Source of the DNA: Takakia lepidozioides
Lineage: Eukaryota > Plantae > Bryophyta
Direction of reading: 5' to 3'
Length of the DNA: 64,000 bases
Assembly: GCA_030704615.1 (NCBI GenBank)
Contig: CM060731.1
Coordinates: 62,062,001 to 62,126,000 of the forward strand
The translations under genes and the position numbers were made by a program. Below, piece by piece: positions 24,035 to 37,293 of this stretch. Under the pieces are notes generated by a model that saw only the letters and a list, made by a program, of their open reading frames with translations, made no database searches and had not been told where the DNA came from. The first letter of the stretch is position 1. Each line of letters opens with the position of its first letter.

Positions 24035-24485
24035 GAAAAGTCTTTGACAACTTTATCAAAGGCAATAATTTTTTTTAATTAATTTGTTAGATTTTATTAT
24101 ATTTTAAATGAATAAACTCGATATAATATAAAAACATACATATACATATTGGAGGGTTATTTTTAATGATGGAAAATGAGAATATACATACAGAAGGGGG
24201 TACTTTCTAAAAATTCTAAATTTTTGTATATTTACAGGAGGGGATTTTATAATCTTCAAAAAGTATGTACAGATGGGGTATAAATTATCCAAGGACCCGT
24301 ATACAGGGGGTTTTTTTATTAGGCGACGAACGCACGTGATACGCACAGTTTATAAAAAGTGCACCCCCCGGGAACTAGCATGACGGGTTTAACAGCTACC
24401 CCACAGGAAATCGTGGGGGAGAGAAATGTGCTTACGCTTATTGTGAAAAATCTCAACCAACTGCATCCACATGCAGCTATCGAGG

Positions 24486-24695
24486 GGGGCTGCTATTTCA
24501 TGAGCGGAAAAAAAAAAAACATGAGCGGACCATTGTGTGTCCACGGAAATAGGTCATGTGAAGTTGGAATGTGGCACCAGTGGACTCGTCATAGCAATGA
24601 AATGCAACATTTTATTGCAAATTTTGTGGCAAGCCACATCTATACAAGTGTGTCCTAACTGTCATAAGCGGAATGGGCACTACTCTCCTACACCC
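24486..24695 (+). mobile_element. Left terminus of a MULE related to the 41496-58976 family, interrupted by Gypsy copy 2
   Basis: GGGGCTGCTATTTCATGAGC resembles the left end GGGGGTGCTATTCCGTGAGC at 41496; CATGAGCGG occurs twice. Confidence 0.5.
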
Positions 24696-25792
24696 TGTTA
24701 GAGGACTGTCTGGGACTTAGGCACTTTTACAAGATCTGTGGGGTACCCTTAAATTTTTACACAGACAGAGACCAACAGGAGCTTTAGGGGTGACAACAGC
24801 GCACTTTAGGGGGGGTACACAGCCCGTCACAGCCCGTCACAGTCCTCAACACATCCCGTCACAACAACACAGCTCGTCACAGTCCACACAGCACGTCACA
24901 GTCCGTCGTCACACACCACACAACCCGTCACAGTCCAACACCCGTCACGCCACACCACACAATCACAGCCCACAAACACCGCCACACAGCCCAACACAAT
25001 CGCACAGCCAATCACAGCCCGACACAGCCCGTCACAGCCCAACACAGTCGCAACAGCCAGTCACAGCCCGTCACACAGTTTCACACAGCCAGTCACAGCT
25101 TGACACAGCTGTCATGACCATAGGGAACGGATAGCAGGACAGGGAACGACTGTGGGGAACAACATCTGCGAATGGAACATGTTAGTTCACGGATGACGGT
25201 TAGTGAGGGAAACGGTTAGAACAACGGGTAGGAAGATAAAGCCAGGAGCGAGGACTGGAAAATGATCACTTCTTGGGGAATCACTGCGGGAAGGAGTTCG
25301 GGATCACTTCTGGGGGGGCCTTCGGACATCACTGGGGGAAATGAGGCAGAGAGCGCATCTCTGAGCAGAAAGAGGAGAGCACGGAGTAGGAGGAGGACGA
25401 TCTGTTGATGCTTAATGAATGCAAGCAATAGAGTTGTAATGTAGAGCAGATTAGAGACTCCATGGCTTCAGCCTGATACTTGATAGATATTAATCTGATA
25501 CATACTTCATACTCACACTGTGTAGAGAGATCTGACTGAAGCTGTGGAATGAATGGATGAGTTGAGGAATCCGATAGATTGCTGAAGCAAACTGATACTT
25601 AATTACCAACAGTAAGGTAACTAGCTAACATGAATGCGGGAAGGAAAACAAATAGGAAACACCCCCATGATACACTAGCTGTAGGTCATGACTGATTGTT
25701 GAGCGGCTGAGTGCTTAGAGATTTCCAACTCTTCTATCTTGGAGTTTCCGCCTCGGATAGCGAAGGGATGGGTGAGTAAAAGCCGCGCAACA
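24696..25792 (+). repeat. 5' LTR of Gypsy copy 2
   Basis: TGTTAGAGG…CGCAACA followed by TTTGGCGACCATACTGGGGA. Confidence 0.93.
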
Positions 25793-26400
25793 TTTGGCGA
25801 CCATACTGGGGAACTGGGTCATGGACAACCAGATGTGACAGACATCTGGTGGGATCATGGTGGTTGGAGAATTAAAGAATTTGATGTGAATCAAATTCCT
25901 TGTGAAACTGAGAAGGAAAGATTGTGCAAAGGATTCTTTTAGAGGTTTTTGGAATTGCCAGACGGTTGTAAGGAAAACATTCTTAAGAGAGTGCATGATG
26001 CTGATCCTGAGTGGGGTCTGGAGAAAGGAGTGATAAAGATTTATCAGGTGGCCTTTAGAGGAAGAGCACGTTGGTTACCAACATTGGTTTATGTGATAGC
26101 ATTGCTATCCATTAAGCGAGTAGAGTTTGAAGGCTGGGAGGAAAGAAAGGTGAATGTTTATACTCATATGCATGAAGAGCTTGTACTGGTAAATAATTGG
26201 ATTCCAAAGGATATTTTGTGGATCAAACTCACACACCAAACAGCTTTCCAGACTTGTTTGCCATATGGTTATATGATAACGGAGACTTCTAATATAGCCA
26301 AGGGTGCATTGAAGCTTGAAAGAAACCCAAGCATATACGAGAGATATTACAGAAGAGTTTTGGTTATTGCCACATTAAAAAGAAATGAAAGACATGGGAC

Positions 26401-29400
26401 ATGAGTGATGAAAGAGAAGCTAGACGCCAGAAATATTCAGCAAAAAGAGAAAGCTATCTGAAAGCTAATTATCCATATCTTTGGGAGAGAGGAATAGACA
26501 CCTCTCACACCATTAAGATCAGAGAGTACATCACCCATACCGGAAGAACTAGAGTTGGGTGCCACTCCTTCTTTTTCTTTGCAAGAAAGATTAAGGGAAT
26601 TGGTACGGGAAGAAGATCAATCACGAGGTGAAAGATCTGAGGTACATCCCTGGATAAAAATTTGACAGAAATCTTTGATAAGAGTTGGCATGGAACACCA
26701 AAAGCAGGAACTCCAGTTTCTGAAGCGGAAGGTGAAGAAGGAGGAGAGGATGTGGCAGAGCCAACGGAGAGTTCAGACTCTCCAACACCATTACAATTGA
26801 GTTACATGAGTGAAGAAAAAACCCAAGGGCAGAACTTGGAGGATGAAAATAGAGAGAAGAAATTGGAAGAGGAAGAGTATGAAGAAGTAGACCCAACAAC
26901 TGAGGTTGAGACTACAACCAGGACATCCCAACCCGTTGGACCTGGATCAAGTGGAGCACTTGGATCACAGGCCAACGAAGTGTCGGCTCAGGGGGATCAG
27001 GGGGGCCTGGATCTGGCTCTGGGGGGACAGGGAGTGTGGGAAGTAGTGCAACTGAAGCTGGAAATACTGTGAATATCGTGGGGCCAGTAGCAGAGAGTGC
27101 TCAAGGGCCACCACTTCGTGGAAGATCCACCACAACAACAACAGGTCCTGAAGGACCAGCACCAGCAAGGGTGCACGCACCTATCAGTGGGCAGAAGGTA
27201 GGGCCACAGATGGCGTTACAACCAACACGGGCAAAACCACCTTTTCCAATATATTCAGGAAAAGGGGATCCCGATGTACACATTAGCCAATTTGAGCACA
27301 TGTGTATAGTGAACAATGAGAATGGCGATGATGCCAAGATGAGATTGTTTCCTTGTTCACTTATCAAGAAAGCAAGTGAATGCTATGCAAGATTCCCTGA
27401 TAATCAGTTTCTAACCTGGAATGGCTTGAATACAGCATTCCGAAATAGGTTCAGGACAAGTAAAACTGAGGATGAAGTGTATGGAAGTTTACAACAGTTA
27501 AAGCAAAAGAAGCATGAAACTGTTGAGGAATATATGGAAAAGATGGAATTGATGATGAAAAAGCTGGCTCTGTACCAGCACCAGGTTTACAGAAGACTTG
27601 GTTTGTGAGTGACTAAGACCAGAGTTGCATAAGAAAGTGGAAGAAAGAAGATGCAGGCATGCAAAGTTATGAAGAGACTTTGGCTGAAGTAATATGCCAG
27701 ACCAAAGCAGAGATTACCATTGGACAGCTATTGGCTGTGGCACCTTATTGTAGACACAGGCTGTATCAAGCAATCAATCGAATTGCCCAGGAGACAGGAA
27801 ACACAGACCTGAACAGCAAGGTGACCAGTTATAAGTGAAGCCGGAAGGGCGAGAAACAGTCTGGACTTTGATGATTCTATGCCAGTAATCCAATTGAGAA
27901 TTGGAAGCACAGAACTAACTGATGTACTGATAGATGGAGGCTCCGGAGTAAATATCATGACAGACCAATTAAGAAAGAAGCTTGGTCTAAGTAACATGAA
28001 ACCAGCCCCATTTACAGTAACAATGGCAGATCAAAGAAGTGTACAGCCATTGGGATTAATAAGAGGAGTTAAGATACAGATACAGAAGATGATCTTTATG
28101 ATCACAGTAACTGTGTTGAAGATGGATGAAGTCATGGAGGCTTACTCCTTATTATTGGGACGTCCGTGGCTGAAACAGGCCAGGGTATTCCATGACTGGA
28201 ATTCTCAGTTACTAACCGTGCATAATGGGATACACGAGATACAAATTACCACAAAGAAATCTAGTAGATTACCTGCTACGAGAAGACCTCGAGGGGTCAG
28301 AGAGTATGACTGGAGAGGATGACTGGATGAGGAGCAGGAAGCTACCCTGTTTGCTGCACACCCATAGTGGGAGCAGGTTGCAGAGATGCGGCTGGAAGGC
28401 CTAAGTTGTTTAAGAGGTATCTGCTGTGGTGTAGTGACAGCAACACCAACTGAGGAGGAAACCATCAGTTACCCATCACATTTCTATGAAGAAAGAGAAG
28501 GAGAAATGGAAATCCTAGAGGAACCAGCCACTGTGAGTTTACAGGATGAAGTGGTGACTGGTTGGACAATCACAGCTGATGAGCAAGTGAGGAAGTGAAT
28601 GTGGGAACTAAAGAGGAACCGAGGATGGTGAAGGTAGGAGCTGATTTGGAGCCATAATTCTTTGAAGAAGCTAAGAATTTGTTCATCAAATACAGAGATG
28701 TATTTGCTTGGAGCTAGGAGGATCTAAAAAGGATACCACCTGAAATCTGTCAGCATAAGATTGAACTGGAACCAGGGTCAGTACCAATCAAGCAGGCGAG
28801 GTACAGAATGAATCCCAACTACGCGCAGAAGGTTGGAGAAGAGATCAAGAAGTTGGCTGAGGCTAAGTTTATATACCCTAGAGAGTATACAACTTGGTTG
28901 TCACCCATTGTGATAGTTCCCAAAAAGAATGGTAAACTAAGAGTTTGTGTGAACTACAAGAAGCTGAATGCTTGTACGAAGAAAGATCCTTTCCCTTTGC
29001 CATTCACAGAAGCAGTCTTGGACACTGTGGCAAGCCATGAGATGTACTCATTCATGGATGGCTTCAGTAGTTATAATCAAGTGCAAGTGGCAGAAGAAGA
29101 CCAAGGAAAGACAGTTTTCATCACAGACTGGGGTGTCATGCCCTTTGGACTTTGTAATGCACCAGCAACCTTTCAGAGAGTAATAAGTGAATCTTTTCAT
29201 GAGTATCTGGATGATTTCATGCAGGTGTTCTTGGATGATTTCAGTGTGTACAGCTCTAAGAATGAGCACTTGCATAAATTGGAGTTATGTCTGGCCAGAT
29301 GCAGGATGAGAGGTCTGGGCCTGAATCCAGATAAGTGTATTTTCTGTGTGAACTCAGGGGTGCTTCTGGGACACATTGTGTGTAAGAGGGGACTTCTTGT

Positions 29401-31850
29401 GGATCCCAGGAAGACAGAGACCATTAAAGCCTCTCCACCACCAGTGAATGTTAAGAGTCTAAGGAGATTCCTTGGACAACCAGCTATTACAGAAGATTTG
29501 TCAGATGGTATGCACAGATAGCAGCACCATTGAGCAAACTTCTTCTGAAGAAAGATGAGTGTTTGCATGGACACCTGAATGTCAACAGGCTTTTGAGGAA
29601 CTTACATTGTCAGTAACAACTACACCTGTGCTGATTAATCCTCAGTGGCAGGAAATATTTCATGTTCACTGTGATGCTTCTGGAGAAGCACTAGGAGCAG
29701 TGTTAGCCCAAAATGTTACATGAAGGATAGATTCACCTGTGTACTATGCTAGCGATTGATGAATAATGCCGAAAGAAATTATAGCACAACGGAAAGAAGC
29801 ATTGGCAATGATCTATGCAGTGAAGAAATTCATGCATTACTTGTTGGGCAGAAGTTTATGTTCTATGTGGATCACCAGGCTCTGATATACCTGGTAAACA
29901 AACCTCTGATAAGCGGAAGAATAGCAAGATGGTTGATAATCTTGCACGAGTTTGAGTTCGAGGTTGTTTACAAGCCTGGGAGGCTGCATCTTATGGCGGA
30001 TCACTTGTCACGGTTATCAACAAGAGAACTAGCCACGGGAGTAGATGATCAATTACCAGATGCGAGTCTATTTGCAGTGGAGGTGCAGGGAAGTGCAGAT
30101 GACTGGTTGGATTGGTAGTGGCCAATCAGATACTACCTTGCTCATGGTCAGTGCCCACCAAGTTATGGAAAGGAGCAGAGAAAGAGAATTGTTATCAGGC
30201 TCTACCTTACACTATGGTAGGGAGCAGAATGTAAAGCTAGGACCAGATGGAGTGCTGAAGCGATGCTTATACCCCATGAAGTTAATAAAGTTTTGGAGGA
30301 AGTTCATAAAGGAGTGGCAGGAGGTCATTTTGGAGAAGAGACTACCTGCAGGAAGATACTACATGCAGGTTACTGGTGGCCTACTTTGTTCAAAGATGTA
30401 CACAAGTATTGTCAGAGTTGTGATGAATGTCAGAGGCTAGGACCTTTGCAGAGATCTGGGAAGATGGCTTTGCATCCTACAATGCCTACGGAACCATTTC
30501 AGAAATGAGGACTAGACTTTGTTGGACCAATTAACCCACCAGCCAAGAATACACAGAACAGGTACATAATTACAGCCACTGATTATACTACGAAGTGGGT
30601 GGAAGCTAAGCTTTGAGGGACAACACAGCCAAGTCCACAGCAAGGTTCCTGTATGAAAACATACTTACACGATTTGGCTGTCCATTGGAATTTATCAGTG
30701 ATCAGGGAAGTCACTCTTCATTAATGAGACCATTGAATTATTGACTAAAGAGTTCATGATTGTGCATAGGAAAAGTACAACATATTACCCACAAGGTAAT
30801 GGACAGGCAGAGGCCACCAACAAAATACTATATACTATATTGGCTAAAATAGTCAATGCAAACAGAACGGATTGGGATACAAAGCTGCTGACAGCTTTGT
30901 GGTCATACATGACTTCATATAAAGTCACCACTAAGTATACACCACTCCAATTAGTTTATGGTATGGAAGCTTTACTTCCAGTGGAATTCCGTTACCTACC
31001 ATGAGAACGAATGGGGAAAGAGAATGGAATTGCAAGATTCAATTAAGGTCAGGAAACATGAATTATGCCATGTGGAAGAAGTACGTGCTGATGCAGCTGA
31101 TAATATGACCAGAATTCAGATGAAGAGAAGGAACAGTTTGATGAAGGCAAGTTAAAGACTTTTAAGACGAGAGATTTGGTTCTATGGTTGCAGAAGAAGG
31201 GAAAGATTAAAGCTTATAAGCTTAAATCACCATGGAAAGGACCTTATGTCATACAAAAGATGTATGATAACAACACCGCCATGTTACAAACCATTAACAA
31301 AGAGATGCTGGGAAGTGTCAATGCCAATAAGTTGAAGGGGTACAGTGGTATCCATGACAAACCATTGCAGCATGATTTGCATGTTGAAACGCAAAAGCAG
31401 TCACGGGCTGCGCCAGTGATACCAACGGAGTATGAGCACTTGTCGCTAGGCCGAGCATATATGACCAGGGCGGGCAGAACAGCGCGACACAGCCTATCCA
31501 GCCCTCAAGGCGTGACATAGCCTATCACAGCCCATCAAGGCGCGACACAACCTATCACAACCCATCAGGCGCGACACAGCAATCAGCGCTATCAGCCATC
31601 AAGGCACGACACAGCTATCACAGCCCAGCACGGCGCACACACAAGCCTATCACAGCCCAGCACGGCGCAACACAGCATTCACAGCCCACACAACACAACC
31701 TATCACAGCTCACGGCGCAACACAGTCTATCACAACCTACCACAGCGTGTCACAGCCTATCACAGCTTACCACAGTGCATCACAACCTATCACAACGTAC
31801 CACAGTATGACACAGCCTGTCACAGCTCAACACAGCCTACTAGGGTTACA
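26401..31850 (+). pseudogene. gag-pol: gag-pol of copy 2 with an internal deletion of about 1 kb
   Basis: Same motifs as copy 1; at about 27640 the sequence jumps from the copy-1 equivalent of about 8466 to about 9473. Confidence 0.9.
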
Positions 31851-32322
31851 CATCCATAGAATCAGTGACAGGTGGACGCACAATAACTTCAGGAAATGGC
31901 CGCGGAAGAAAGGACGGAAGCCAGTTTAGAAAGTGACACGTGGAAGTCAGGGCGCAACACACAGCTGAGAAGGAAGTGCAAGAACAGATGTCATCAAGAA
32001 AGGGACAAGAATTGGCCGTCAAAATACCTAATTAGCACGTCAATTCGGATGATGGGGGCCCATTAATGAATACGAAAAGGGGCAACAGAACAAACGCCAA
32101 GTACAAAAAAGTGAAATTCTTGTCACATGTATTATCCTAGTGGACAGTCCAGCAGGGAAAGTCCACTAAAGAAAATTAAATCTAAAATCCAGTCACAGCG
32201 GTTACAGCCAATCGAAAGCCAGAAAAGGATCAAGAAATTGGAGGGAATTTAAGCGTAAGTCGGCGTCGTTCTAAGTAACGGGCGTTCGACGGGACAAACC
32301 ATCAATCTATAGCTTTGAAGCT

Positions 32323-35300
32323 ATGGAGGAACTAACAGACTATACGCTCGCAATATTACTTACGCAGTGGCATAGGCACGAAGAACAGAGCGGATCTTTT
32401 CTCTTAATCGATGCTTGCAAGCCCCGCAGGCTTACAAGAAATTACCCATAGCTTTTTGTGGCAACCATACGTTTATGCTTTGTGCCCTGCAGGCATTTCT
32501 TCAATTCAATTTACAGCCAAAACATTTCTGTGGGTCTAGAATGAAGAGAAGAGAGAATGGAAGAAATCAGGGAATCAGGGTGAAGAGCATCACATCCTGC
32601 AGAACAAACGATTGCTACTCCACATGCGGTACAGTTACTGAAGGAGCTGTGATTGCAAGGATTGCAAACAAAGATTGGACATTGCACCACATAGACAGTA
32701 CAGTTACAATTCTTGCAGAACTTTGAGCCTAAGACAGGGCAACAACGGTGAAGGAGTTGAATTTAGAAATTACCTATACTACAACAATTGTTTCAATTGC
32801 CAGCAGGTCAGGTGCATGTGGAGGAGCACAGGGCAAGACTGCAAATAGGGGACTTTATTCCAAGAAGGGAGTTTCTTTAAAACTCAGGTTATGCTTGTAC
32901 CAAGGGTGTACCCAGGGCTAAGGGGTAGGCCAGGTATTGAACATTTTGTTTGCCATGAAACAGAACCAACAATATTTGAGCAGATCCTTCACAGAGGAAT
33001 ACTCAAAGCCCCTGAGAGAAGAAGAGGTAGAATGGGCGGACATAATGTACAACGCACTGGTAGAGGAGATGAAAGATTACAAGGCACTGCCGCAAAGTCT
33101 CCTATCATAGTGTCTGGCCCAATCATTGCTCAAATAATTCTTGATTCTGGCATACTTGATGTTCGAGAAAGAAAGGAGATGGGAGTGTTTGAGATTGAAA
33201 CCACTGCAATGGAAGAGCAAGGCTCTTCACACAGTGAGGGTGGACTGGCAGGGCAACCCCAGACTAAGAGACAGAGGCGGGGAAAGACTGTAGTGGCGGA
33301 TCCACTGGCTTCACTGAATCCGCATGATAATGTTTCCCAAGTTTTTGTGCAGGAAGGGGCACAACAGCACAGAGAACTGCTATTACTAGAAGCAGGACCT
33401 TCAGAGAGGGAAGAGGAAGTTACTTCAGTATCACAGCCATCACAGCCAGATGATCGCTTGTCACAGAGTTATCACAAGTTGTCCATGCAGTTCCACCAGA
33501 AATAATTGATTTGGAGAAAGAAGGGTTAGATATTCCCACTACAGAACAGGTGGTGGTAGCAATTGAGAAGGGGGACCTTCTCAATGAATATTCTGGTCTG
33601 GTCAAGGAAACAGTGATTCCGGAGGTGCAACGGTTGTCCGGGGGAAACCCTGTGGTGCATATAATACACACACCTGTGACAGAGGTACCACAGGTAGAAT
33701 GTCAAGACACTACAGCACCGGTGACGGATGAAGTGGTTCAGGAAGAAAATTTGGTGGGGCAATGGCCTGAGTGGTTCGTGAGGCATCACACTGTTGAGAA
33801 TCATGGAGAACAGCAGCAAGCTCACCATGATGACCCTCATCAGGCCATGCTTATGAGTTCCATAAGCAGGACACTTAATTTGTTGGGCACTTATGTCAAA
33901 TCCCATGTTCCAACTTCCCAATTGGCAGCTTTGAGGGGGGAACTCAGGAAGGAGTTTGAGGCTCGACTTGCCACTGAGTGAGCAAACAAGGTCGATGAAG
34001 AGGTCACTCTCAAGATGCAACAAGACTTAGAGAGTACAGAAGCGGCTTTGCAATTGGCCAAGGAACAATTGATTGAGGCAGGCCTCACGCAAGACCAGTT
34101 GCACGAAGCACATAAGCAACAGTTATACCAAATGCAGGTGAAGCATGAAAGCAAGTTGCAAGAAGTGAATGCACTACATACGGAGTTGCAGATAGTGCAT
34201 GACAGGATGGCCATACAATGTGCTACACTCACAACTATGTTTGACCAAGCTACAATAGAATAAACAGTCAAGCGGAAAGATGTACGAAGGCAGAGGCAGA
34301 GAATGTTGAGCAAGTGAAACTCATTGTCGATATGAAGAATACAATCTGTCGCAATGAGAGTACTTTCAAGCAATACAGGCAGGTTAAAGCTGACCAAGAG
34401 AGGTACATCCTTGAGTTGCAACAAACACTCATGTCCAATAGAAATGAACTCTCTGTGGCTAACAAGGCTTGGAAGGAAGCCAATAATCTGGCTGTTGCCT
34501 ATGCGAGTTTGGTTGAATCTCATGCGAAGCGCATAGTGACTTTACAGCAGCAGATAGATGTGTACAGGCTCACAGAGGAGCAGACTCTCAGGGGTGCCAC
34601 AAGCAACTTGGTGGATAACCACCTTATGCAGGTCTGGTTAGCACAAGGGCCAGTGGAGGGCAAAGCACCACGAAAACTCACCCAAAGCGAGATGAATGAG
34701 CTCAGACTGCAAGTGCAGAACATTGCCACAACTACTATAGACAATGTCTATAGTAGGATAGCGGAGTTACAGGAGGATGTAGATGGCCTGCAGACTCAAG
34801 TGGAGGACCTCACTTCAAATATCGACAAGAGAGTCTATGTAACTGAGGAACAGCTAATGGCTTCTTATTTACAAGCGAGAACTTTAGCTTTTCAGTCTTC
34901 TTCACGGGGGGTGCAGGAGATGCCAATGGTACAAGAGCGAGTGCCACCAACACCACAACAAGTCACTGTGCTAGTAGCTGACCTTGTTATTACTACAACC
35001 ACACCACAGCCACCACGGCCTGAGGTATGGGGGAATGATGCTTTTAACCCACCTAAAACTCCAGCTGCACTGGAGTACAGTAGGGCTATGATTATGCCCT
35101 TCAACCGAATTCCCATTGTGTTGGATTTGGCTTGGAAAGAATTTAGTTCTCCGCAGTCATTGGCACATTACTATCAAATCATGCGCATTTGGCTGCCAGT
35201 GGTCACTGGGACTAAAGTTCTTCCGAACAATCGACCAATTGAGGATCATCACTTTGCATAGTACTGGCATGAGGCAAGTACCATATTGAAGGAATTAATT

Positions 35301-36092
35301 GCCTTCCAAGTTGTACATGGATTCATTTATACCAAGACCAAGGAGGTAGCAAGTATTGTCATGGGCTGCGGGTTATACTACGCTGCTAGTTTTCTGGTAC
35401 GTTATCACATTGAGCAACAAAAGATGCAAACGCGCTTTCTGAATTATTCCAGTGGGGATCATTGGGTCTTACCTTCAGTGCCACCTCATATGTACCTATA
35501 TGAGGCAAAAGTTATGATGCAAAAGGATTCTCAGATTCGTTCATGGTTTCATGCGGCCTGGAACAATTTGTCAACACAGAAATTTGGGCCTGACGATATT
35601 TTCTTTAAGGGACATGAGGCATGGAAATATTTGCATTATTCACAAGTCATTGGTACACCACTCACCTGGACAGACAAGGAGCTCAGGGTCTTCACCAATT
35701 TTGCAATTCAGCGCTTACAACAAGTTTTACAATTTAAACTTCCAGACATGGTGGGACCACATTGTATGCCCCAGAGAATTCCAGTTAAAGTTCGACAGTT
35801 AAAACACCTCAGGGGGACGAGGATTCTGATACAACTGTTTCATCAGCGGACTCTTTTGACATGGCAGAAGACTATGCAAGGCAGATGGCAGAGAAGAAGC
35901 GACGGGGGTCTCCTATGCCTGAAAGATTACCTCGATATCAGCTTCCAGAGGGACTGACATATCCAGGTAGTGTTCAATCATCTCCCTCAACCAGTGACAG
36001 AACACGGGCTCGCACATGGAGTCCTTCACGAGACTCTCAACGTCACAAGGGTGCTTGCTCACAAAGGTTTACAAATCCCAAACAGTAAACCG
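32323..36092 (+). pseudogene. 3' extra ORF of copy 2
   Basis: Homologous to 14038-17799; longest piece 34314-35261. Confidence 0.8.
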
Positions 36093-36553
36093 TGCTTTTG
36101 GTGTTCCATGCCAACTCTTATCAAAGATTTGTGTCAAATCTTTTATCCAGGGATGTACCTCAGATCTTTCACCTCGTGATTGATCTTCTTCCCGTACCAA
36201 TTCCCTTAATCTTTCTTGCAAAGAAAAAGAAGGAGTGGCATCCAACTCTAGTTCTTCCGGTATGGGTGATGTACTCTCTGATCTTAATGGTGTGAGAGGT
36301 CCAGATGATTCCCCTATGTCTATTCCTCTCTCCCAAAGATATGGATAATTAGCTTTCAGATAGCTTTCTCTTTTTGCTGAATATCTCTGGCGTCTAGCTT
36401 CTCTTTCATCACTCATGTCCCATGTCTTTCATTTCTTTTTAATGTGGCAATAACCAAAACTCTCTTATGTAATATCTCTCGTATATGCCTGGATTTCTTT
36501 CAAGCTTCAATGCACCCTTGGCTATACTAGAAGTCTCCGTTATCATATAACCA
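36093..36553 (-). mobile_element. Inverted fragment of the ORF0/gag junction
   Basis: Reverse complement of the copy-1 region about 7067-7529 (MSDEREARRQRYSAKRES…). Confidence 0.9.
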
Positions 36554-37139
36554 CGTCACAGTCCGACAGAGCTCGTCACAGTCACAGTCACAGCCCGTCA
36601 CAGTCTCACAGCCGTCACAGTCAGAACAACACAGTCAATAACACAACCCAAACACAGCCCGTCACAGCCCGACACAGCCCAACACAGTCGCACAGCACAC
36701 AGCCCGACACAGCCCGTCACAGCCGTCGCACAGCTAGTCACAGCCCGTCACAGTTTCACACAGCCTATCACAGCTTGACACAGCTGTCACGACCATAGGG
36801 AACGGATAGCAGGACAGGGAACGACTATGGGGAACAACATCTGCGAATGGAACATGTTAGTTCACGGATGACGGTTAGTGAGGGAAACGGTTAGAACAAC
36901 GGGTAGGAAGGAAAATGATCACTTCTTGGGGAATCACTGCGGGAAGGAGTTCGGGATCACTTCTAGGGGGGACTTCGGACATCACTGGGGGAAATGAGGC
37001 AGAGAGCACATCTCTGAGCAGAAAGAGGGAGAGCACGGAGTAGGAGGAGGACGATCTGTTGATGCTTAATGAATGCAAGCAGTAGAGTTGTAATGTAGAG
37101 CAGATTAGAGACTCCATGGCTGTGATTAGAGACTCCATG
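36554..37139 (+). repeat. Partial 3' LTR of copy 2
   Basis: Matches the copy-2 5' LTR (about 24870-25465), including the copy-2-specific segment AATGATCACTTCTTGGGGAATCACTGCG. Confidence 0.88.
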
Positions 37140-37293
37140 TGCCCTTTCTGTGGACACTTTTCGGGGCGTTTCGCACCTGAACAATCAAGCAAATTGGTAG
37201 GCCCAAGCAGTGTGCGTTGCCGCACACTGTTTGAGCTTCCAGTTTGCGGTGCTTTCAGCCTAGTGCAGATGTCCTGTGTGGGCTATATTCATA

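Larger units (their letters stand above)
1780..24372 (+). mobile_element. P-element-superfamily DNA transposon with nested LINE and Gypsy insertions (about 8 kb net)
   Basis: Left TIR CCTGGGGGGTGCACT (1780-1794) and right TIR AGTGCACCCCCCGGG (24358-24372) match at 14/15; the mismatch is a CpG-type transition. 8-bp TSD AACTAGCA at 1772-1779 and 24373-24380. AGGAGGGGGT-like subterminal repeats at both ends; P-like transposase inside. Confidence 0.85.
24696..37139 (+). mobile_element. Gypsy copy 2, rearranged (gag deletion, inverted insert, truncated 3' LTR)
   Basis: 5' LTR 24696-25792, PBS, ORF0 25688-26378, gag-pol 26401 to about 31850, 3' ORF 32323-36092, partial 3' LTR 36554-37139; colinear with copy 1. 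Confidence 0.93.

Noticed and set aside
31480-33250. Dense frameshifts as evidence of special mutagenesis
   Set aside because: Mostly 1-nt indels, indistinguishable from long-read consensus errors without the reads.
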